Assembly (NCBI RefSeq): GCF_009914755.1
Contig: NC_060946.1
Source of the DNA: the human T2T-CHM13v2.0 reference genome, Homo sapiens
DNA: 64,000 nucleotides
Direction: 5' to 3' (one strand)
A program made the translations under genes and the position numbers. The notes under the pieces are model-generated. The model did no database searches. It was not told the origin of the DNA and was given only the letters and a program-made list of their open reading frames with translations. How positions within the stretch are numbered: the first letter of the stretch is position 1; each line of letters opens with the position of its first letter. Shown here in pieces: positions 56,901-64,000 of the stretch.

Positions 56901-59900
56901 ACTCTGTGAGGTGAAAGCACACATCTCAAAGAAGTTTCTCCGAAAGCTTCGGTCTAGTTTTCATGTGATGATATTTCCAGTCTCACCATAGGCCTCAAAG
57001 GGCTAAGAAATATCCCTTTCCAGATTCTAAAAGACCACCATTTCCATACTTCTCAATCAAAAGAAAGGTTACATTCTGTGAGGTTAATGCACACATCAGA
57101 ATGAAGTTTCTCAGAATTCTCCTGTCTAGTTTTCATGGGAAGATATTTACTATTTCACTCTAGGCTTCAAATGTCTCAAAAATATCCCTTTGCAGATTCT
57201 ACAAAAATATGCTTTCCAAAGTGCTGAATTAAAAGAAACCTTCAACTCTGTCCGATGAATGGAGAGGCATCACAACGAAGTTCCTCAGAATGCTTCTGTC
57301 TAGTTTAAATGTGAAGATATTTCTTTTTCACCATAGACCTCAAAGGGCTCAGAATTAGACCTTTGCAGATTGCAGAGAAAGACTGTCTCTAAACTGCTCA
57401 AATAAAATAAAGTTTCAACACGGTGAGATGAATGCACACATCACAAAGAAGTTCCTCAGAAAGCTTCTGTCTGGTTTTTATGTGAAGATATTTCCTTTTT
57501 CACCATAGGCCTTACACCGCTCACAAATATCCTTCTGCAGATACTAGAAAAAGACTGTTTCCAAACTGCTCCATCAAAAGAAAATTTCACCCATCTGAGA
57601 TGAATGCACACATCATAAAGAAGTTCCTCAGAATTCTTCTGTCTAGTTTTTATGTGAAGATGTTTCCATTTTCACCTTAGGCCACAAAGCGCTCCAAACA
57701 TCCGTTTGCAGATGATACGAAAAGACTGTTTCCAAACTGCTCAATCAAAAGAAATTTTCAACTCTGTGAGATGAGAGCACACATCACAAAAAAGTTTCTC
57801 AGAAATCTTCTGTCTCGCTTTTATCTCAAGATAATTCCTATTTTGCCATAGGAATCAAGGGGCTCACATATATCCCTTTGCGGATTCTACAAAAGTTCTC
57901 TTTACAAACTTCTCAATCAAAAGAAACGTTCAACATTGGGAGATGAATGAACACATCCCAAAGAAGTTTCTCAGGTTGCTTCTGTCTGGTTGCTATGTGA
58001 AGATGTTTCCTTTTTCACCATGGTCTTTAAGCCACTCAAACATACCTGTCTGCAGACTCTACAAAAAGACTGTTTCCAAACTGGCCCATATAGCATGTTT
58101 CAACTATGTGAAATGAATGCACTCATCAAAAAGAAGTTTCTCAGGATTCTCCTGTCTAGTTTTTATGTGAAGATATTTCCTTTTTCACCGTAGGCCACAA
58201 ATTGCTCCAAATATCCATTTGCAGATTCTACAAAAAGAATGTTCCCAAACTGGTCAATCAAAAGAAAGGCGCAACTCTGTGAGACGAAAGCACACATCAC
58301 AAAGAAGTTTCCCGGAAAGCTTCTGTCTACATTTTATGTGAACGTATTTCCTTTGGCACCATAGGCCTTAAACCGCTCGCAAATATAACTCCAATTAAAC
58401 GACCTAGAGACTTTCTCCAGATTGCTAAATCAAAAGAAAGCTTCAACTCTGTGAGATGAATACACACATCAAAAAGAAGTTTCTCAAAATGCTTCTGTCT
58501 AGTTTTCATGGGAAGATATTTATTTTTCACCGTTGGCCCCAAACCGCTCAGAAATATCCCTTTGCAGTTTGTAGAAAAAGACTGCTTCCAAACTGCTCAA
58601 TGAAAGGAAATGGCCAACTATTAGAGATGAATGGAAATGTCACAAAGAGTTTTCTCAAAAAGCTACTGTGTCGTTTTCATGTGAAGACATTGCCTTTGGC
58701 ACCCTAGGCCTTAAAACTCTCTAAATGCACATTCACAGATTCTACAAAAAGAGTGATTCCAAACTGCTCAATCAGAAGAAGGGTTCAATTCCGTGTGACA
58801 AACGTGCACATCACCAAGAAATTTGTCAGAAAGCTTCTGTCTACTTTTTATGTGAAGATATTTCATATTTCAACAAAGGCCATAAAGGGCTCACAAATAT
58901 CCCTTCGCAGATTCTAAGAAAAGACGTTTTCCAAACTCCTCACTCAAAAGAAAGGTTTAACACTGTGAGATGAATGGACACATCACGAAGAAGTTTCTCA
59001 GAAAGCTTCTGTCTAGTTTTTCTGTGAAGATATTTCTTTTTCACCATAGGCCTCAAGCAGCTAAGAAATTTCCCTCTGCAGCTTCTACCAAAGGCTGTTT
59101 CCAAACTGCTCAACTGAAAGAAAGGTTGAATTCTGTGACATGAATTCACACATCACAAAGAGGTTTTTCAGAAATCTCCTGTCTGGTTTTTAGGTGAAGA
59201 TACTTCCTTTTTCACCACGGGCCTCAAATATCTCCAAATATCCATTTGCAGATTCTACAGAAAGACTTTCCAAACTGCTCCATCAAAAGAAAGGTTCAAC
59301 ACTGTGAGATGAAGGCACACATCACCAAGAAGTTTCTCAGAAACCTTCTGTCTAGTTTTTAGGTGAAGATACTTCGTATTTCACCACAGGCCATAAAGGG
59401 CTCACAAATATCCCTTTGCAGGTTCTACAAAAAGACTGTTTCCAAACTGCCCAATCAAAGGAGAGGTTCAACTCTGTGACGTGAATGGACACATCACAAA
59501 AAATTTCTTAGAATGCTTCCGTCTAGTTCTTATGGGAAGATATTTCTCTTTCACCATAAGCCTCAAACGGATCAGAATTCTCCCTCTGCAGATTGTACGA
59601 TAAGCCTCTTTCCAATCTGCTCAATCAAAAGAAAGTTTCCACTCGGTGAGGTGAATGCACACATCGCAAGGGAGTTTCTCAGAAAGCTTCTGTTTAGTTT
59701 TTACGTGAAGATATTTCGTTTTTCACCACGGGCCTCAAAAGCTCTCCAAATATCCATTTGCATATTCTAGAAAAAGAGTGTTTCCAAACTCCTCAATCAA
59801 AGGATAGTTTCAATTCTGTGAGACGAAAGCACACATCACAACGAAGTTTCTTAGAAAGCGTCTGTGAAGTTTTTATGTGAAGATACTTCACATTGCATCA

Positions 59901-62900
59901 CAGTACTCAAGGGGCTCAGAAATATCCCCTTGCAGATCCTACAAAAGGACTGTTTCAAAACTGCTCAATCCAAAGAAAGTTTCAACTATGTGAGACGAAT
60001 GCACACGTCACGAAGAAGTGCCTCAGAATGCTTCTGTCTAGTTTATATGTGAAGAAGATTCCTATTCCACCATAGGCAATAAAGGGCTCACAAATATGTT
60101 TTGCAGATTCTACAAAAAGACTGTACCCAAACTGCTCAATAAAAAGAAAGTTTTAACTCTGTTAGGTTAATGGACACATCAAAAAGTAGTTTCTCAGAAA
60201 ACTTCTGTGTAGTTTTTATGTGAAGATATTTCCTTTGTCACCATTGGCCTCAAAGCACTCCTAATATCCATTTACAGATGTCACAGAAAGAGTGTTTCCA
60301 AACTGCTCAATCAAAAGAAAGTGATTAACTCTGTGAGGTGAAAGCACACATCTCAAAGAAGTTTCTCCGAAAGCTTCGGTCTAGTTTTCATGTGATGATA
60401 TTTCCAGTCTCACCATAGGCCTCAAAGGGCTAAGAAATATCCCTTTCCAGATTCTAAAAGACCACCATTTCCATACTTCTCAATCAAAAGAAAGGTTACA
60501 TTCTGTGAGGTTAATGCACACATCAGAATGAAGTTTCTCAGAATTCTCCTGTCTAGTTTTCATGGGAAGATATTTACTATTTCACTCTAGGCTTCAAATG
60601 TCTCAAAAATATCCCTTTGCAGATTCTACAAAAATATGCTTTCCAAAGTGCTGAATTAAAAGAAACCTTCAACTCTGTCCGATGAATGGAGAGGCATCAC
60701 AACGAAGTTCCTCAGAATGCTTCTGTCTAGTTTAAATGTGAAGATATTTCTTTTTCACCATAGACCTCAAAGGGCTCAGAATTAGACCTTTGCAGATTGC
60801 AGAGAAAGACTGTCTCTAAACTGCTCAAATAAAATAAAGTTTCAACACGGTGAGATGAATGCACACATCACAAAGAAGTTCCTCAGAAAGCTTCTGTCTG
60901 GTTTTTATGTGAAGATATTTCCTTTTTCACCATAGGCCTTACACCGCTCACAAATATCCTTCTGCAGATACTAGAAAAAGACTGTTTCCAAACTGCTCCA
61001 TCAAAAGAAAATTTCACCCATCTGAGATGAATGCACACATCATAAAGAAGTTCCTCAGAATTCTTCTGTCTAGTTTTTATGTGAAGATGTTTCCATTTTC
61101 ACCTTAGGCCACAAAGCGCTCCAAACATCCGTTTGCAGATGATACGAAAAGACTGTTTCCAAACTGCTCAATCAAAAGAAATTTTCAACTCTGTGAGATG
61201 AGAGCACACATCACAAAAAAGTTTCTCAGAAATCTTCTGTCTCGCTTTTATCTCAAGATAATTCCTATTTTGCCATAGGAATCAAGGGGCTCACATATAT
61301 CCCTTTGCGGATTCTACAAAAGTTCTCTTTACAAACTTCTCAATCAAAAGAAACGTTCAACATTGGGAGATGAATGAACACATCCCAAAGAAGTTTCTCA
61401 GGTTGCTTCTGTCTGGTTGCTATGTGAAGATGTTTCCTTTTTCACCATGGTCTTTAAGCCACTCAAACATACCTGTCTGCAGACTCTACAAAAAGACTGT
61501 TTCCAAACTGGCCCATATAGCATGTTTCAACTATGTGAAATGAATGCACTCATCAAAAAGAAGTTTCTCAGGATTCTCCTGTCTAGTTTTTATGTGAAGA
61601 TATTTCCTTTTTCACCGTAGGCCACAAATTGCTCCAAATATCCATTTGCAGATTCTACAAAAAGAATGTTCCCAAACTGGTCAATCAAAAGAAAGGCGCA
61701 ACTCTGTGAGACGAAAGCACACATCACAAAGAAGTTTCCCGGAAAGCTTCTGTCTACATTTTATGTGAACGTATTTCCTTTGGCACCATAGGCCTTAAAC
61801 CGCTCGCAAATATAACTCCAATTAAACGACCTAGAGACTTTCTCCAGATTGCTAAATCAAAAGAAAGGTTCAACTCTGTGAGATGAATACACACATCAAA
61901 AAGAAGTTTCTCAAAATGCTTCTGTCTAGTTTTCATGGGAAGATATTTATTTTTCACCGTTGGCCCCAAACCGCTCAGAAATATCCCTTTGCAGTTTGTA
62001 GAAAAAGACTGCTTCCAAACTGCTCAATGAAAGGAAATGGCCAACTATTAGAGATGAATGGAAATGTCACAAAGAGTTTTCTCAAAAAGCTACTGTGTCG
62101 TTTTCATGTGAAGACATTGCCTTTGGCACCCTAGGCCTTAAAACTCTCTAAATGCACATTCACAGATTCTACAAAAAGACTGATTCCAAACTGCTCAATC
62201 AGAAGAAGGGTTCAATTCCGTGTGACAAACGTGCACATCACCAAGAAATTTGTCAGAAAGCTTCTGTCTACTTTTTATGTGAAGATATTTCATATTTCAA
62301 CAAAGGCCATAAAGGGCTCACAAATATCCCTTCGCAGATTCTAAGAAAAGACGTTTTCCAAACTCCTCACTCAAAAGAAAGGTTTAACACTGTGAGATGA
62401 ATGGACACATCACGAAGAAGTTTCTCAGAAAGCTTCTGTCTAGTTTTTCTGTGAAGATATTTCTTTTTCACCATAGGCCTCAAGCAGCTAAGAAATTTCC
62501 CTCTGCAGCTTCTACCAAAGGCTGTTTCCAAACTGCTCAACTGAAAGAAAGGTTGAATTCTGTGACATGAATTCACACATCACAAAGAGGTTTTTCAGAA
62601 ATCTCCTGTCTGGTTTTTAGGTGAAGATACTTCCTTTTTCACCACGGGCCTCAAATATCTCCAAATATCCATTTGCAGATTCTACAGAAAGACTTTCCAA
62701 ACTGCTCCATCAAAAGAAAGGTTCAACACTGTGAGATGAAGGCACACATCACCAAGAAGTTTCTCAGAAACCTTCTGTCTAGTTTTTAGGTGAAGATACT
62801 TCGTATTTCACCACAGGCCATAAAGGGCTCACAAATATCCCTTTGCAGGTTCTACAAAAAGACTGTTTCCAAACTGCCCAATCAAAGGAGAGGTTCAACT

Positions 62901-64000
62901 CTGTGACGTGAATGGACACATCACAAAAAATTTCTTAGAATGCTTCCGTCTAGTTCTTATGGGAAGATATTTCTCTTTCACCATAAGCCTCAAACGGATC
63001 AGAATTCTCCCTCTGCAGATTGTACGATAAGCCTCTTTCCAATCTGCTCAATCAAAAGAAAGTTTCCACTCGGTGAGGTGAATGCACACATCGCAAGGGA
63101 GTTTCTCAGAAAGCTTCTGTTTAGTTTTTACGTGAAGATATTTCGTTTTTCACCACGGGCCTCAAAAGCTCTCCAAATATCCATTTGCATATTCTAGAAA
63201 AAGAGTGTTTCCAAACTCCTCAATCAAAGGATAGTTTCAATTCTGTGAGACGAAAGCACACATCACAACGAAGTTTCTTAGAAAGCGTCTGTGAAGTTTT
63301 TATGTGAAGATACTTCACATTGCATCACAGTACTCAAGGGGCTCAGAAATATCCCCTTGCAGATCCTACAAAAGGACTGTTTCAAAACTGCTCAATCCAA
63401 AGAAAGTTTCAACTATGTGAGACGAATGCACACGTCACGAAGAAGTGCCTCAGAATGCTTCTGTCTAGTTTATATGTGAAGAAGATTCCTATTCCACCAT
63501 AGGCAATAAAGGGCTCACAAATATGTTTTGCAGATTCTACAAAAAGACTGTACCCAAACTGCTCAATAAAAAGAAAGTTTTAACTCTGTTAGGTTAATGG
63601 ACACATCAAAAAGTAGTTTCTCAGAAAACTTCTGTGTAGTTTTTATGTGAAGATATTTCCTTTGTCACCATTGGCCTCAAAGCACTCCTAATATCCATTT
63701 ACAGATGTCACAGAAAGAGTGTTTCCAAACTGCTCAATCAAAAGAAAGTGATTAACTCTGTGAGGTGAAAGCACACATCTCAAAGAAGTTTCTCCGAAAG
63801 CTTCGGTCTAGTTTTCATGTGATGATATTTCCAGTCTCACCATAGGCCTCAAAGGGCTAAGAAATATCCCTTTCCAGATTCTAAAAGACCACCATTTCCA
63901 TACTTCTCAATCAAAAGAAAGGTTACATTCTGTGAGGTTAATGCACACATCAGAATGAAGTTTCTCAGAATTCTCCTGTCTAGTTTTCATGGGAAGATAT

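Larger units (their letters stand above)
1..64000. repeat. Alpha-satellite (alphoid) tandem array, ~171-bp monomers, primate centromeric/pericentromeric DNA
   Basis: Alphoid consensus motifs recur about every 171 bp throughout (CCAAACTGCTCAATCAAAAGAAAGGTTCAACTCTGTGAGATGAATGCACACATCACAAAGAAGTTTCTCAGAA...TTTTATGTGAAGATATTTCC...TTTGCAGATTCTACAAAAAGA). I saw no interrupting sequence and no strand switch. Confidence 0.99.
21552..64000. repeat. 20-mer HOR, variant B (about 12.4 copies, period 3427 bp; copy starts B1-B13 at 21552, 24979, 28406, 31833, 35260, 38687, 42114, 45541, 48968, 52395, 55822, 59249, 62676)
   Basis: All pseudo-ORFs repeat at exactly 3427 bp (e.g. 21816, 25243, 28670 ... 62940). 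The monomer order is the same as in A, with fixed diagnostic differences and a 2-bp insertion (GGAGAGGCATC vs GGAGACATC, first seen at ~22991-23001). Confidence 0.97.

Noticed and set aside
166-63502. About 130 short ORFs (60-89 aa) recurring periodically on both strands
   Set aside because: They are translations of alphoid monomers (the HITKKFLRxLLSSFYVKIF pattern). They overlap in several frames, often begin at non-ATG codons, are gained or lost by single SNPs between copies and show no gene structure. They are useful only as period markers.
1-64000. CRISPR-like repeat/spacer array or other prokaryotic defence system
   Set aside because: The variable parts between conserved motifs are homologous diverged monomer sequence, not unique spacers. 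There are no cas-like or other long ORFs.
1-64000. L1/Alu insertions or inversions, common in old alphoid layers
   Set aside because: The period is constant apart from the 513-bp deletion and 1-2 bp indels. I saw no poly(A) tails, target-site duplications or strand switches.

Overview
The whole 64 kb window is primate alpha-satellite DNA (about 171-bp AT-rich monomers, head-to-tail, one orientation). It is organised as a 20-monomer higher-order repeat (HOR) of about 3.43 kb. I found no CENP-B boxes; the box position carries pJalpha/A-type sequence, which suggests an inactive or pericentromeric SF4-like HOR. Two sister variants, roughly 5% apart by eye, abut. Variant A (1-~21562, period 3424-3425 bp) is more heterogeneous and mosaic. 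Variant B (~21552-64000, period exactly 3427 bp) is nearly homogeneous. They join at one out-of-register crossover in an 11-bp microhomology (21552-21562) that removes 3 monomers (513 bp) and creates a hybrid 17-mer. SNP patterns in B show two-HOR (6854 bp) super-periodicity in two separate blocks. I found no genes, RNA genes, transposon insertions or inversions, and all listed ORFs are repeat artefacts. I see no new protein-coding system; the notable content is the record of satellite recombination and expansion.
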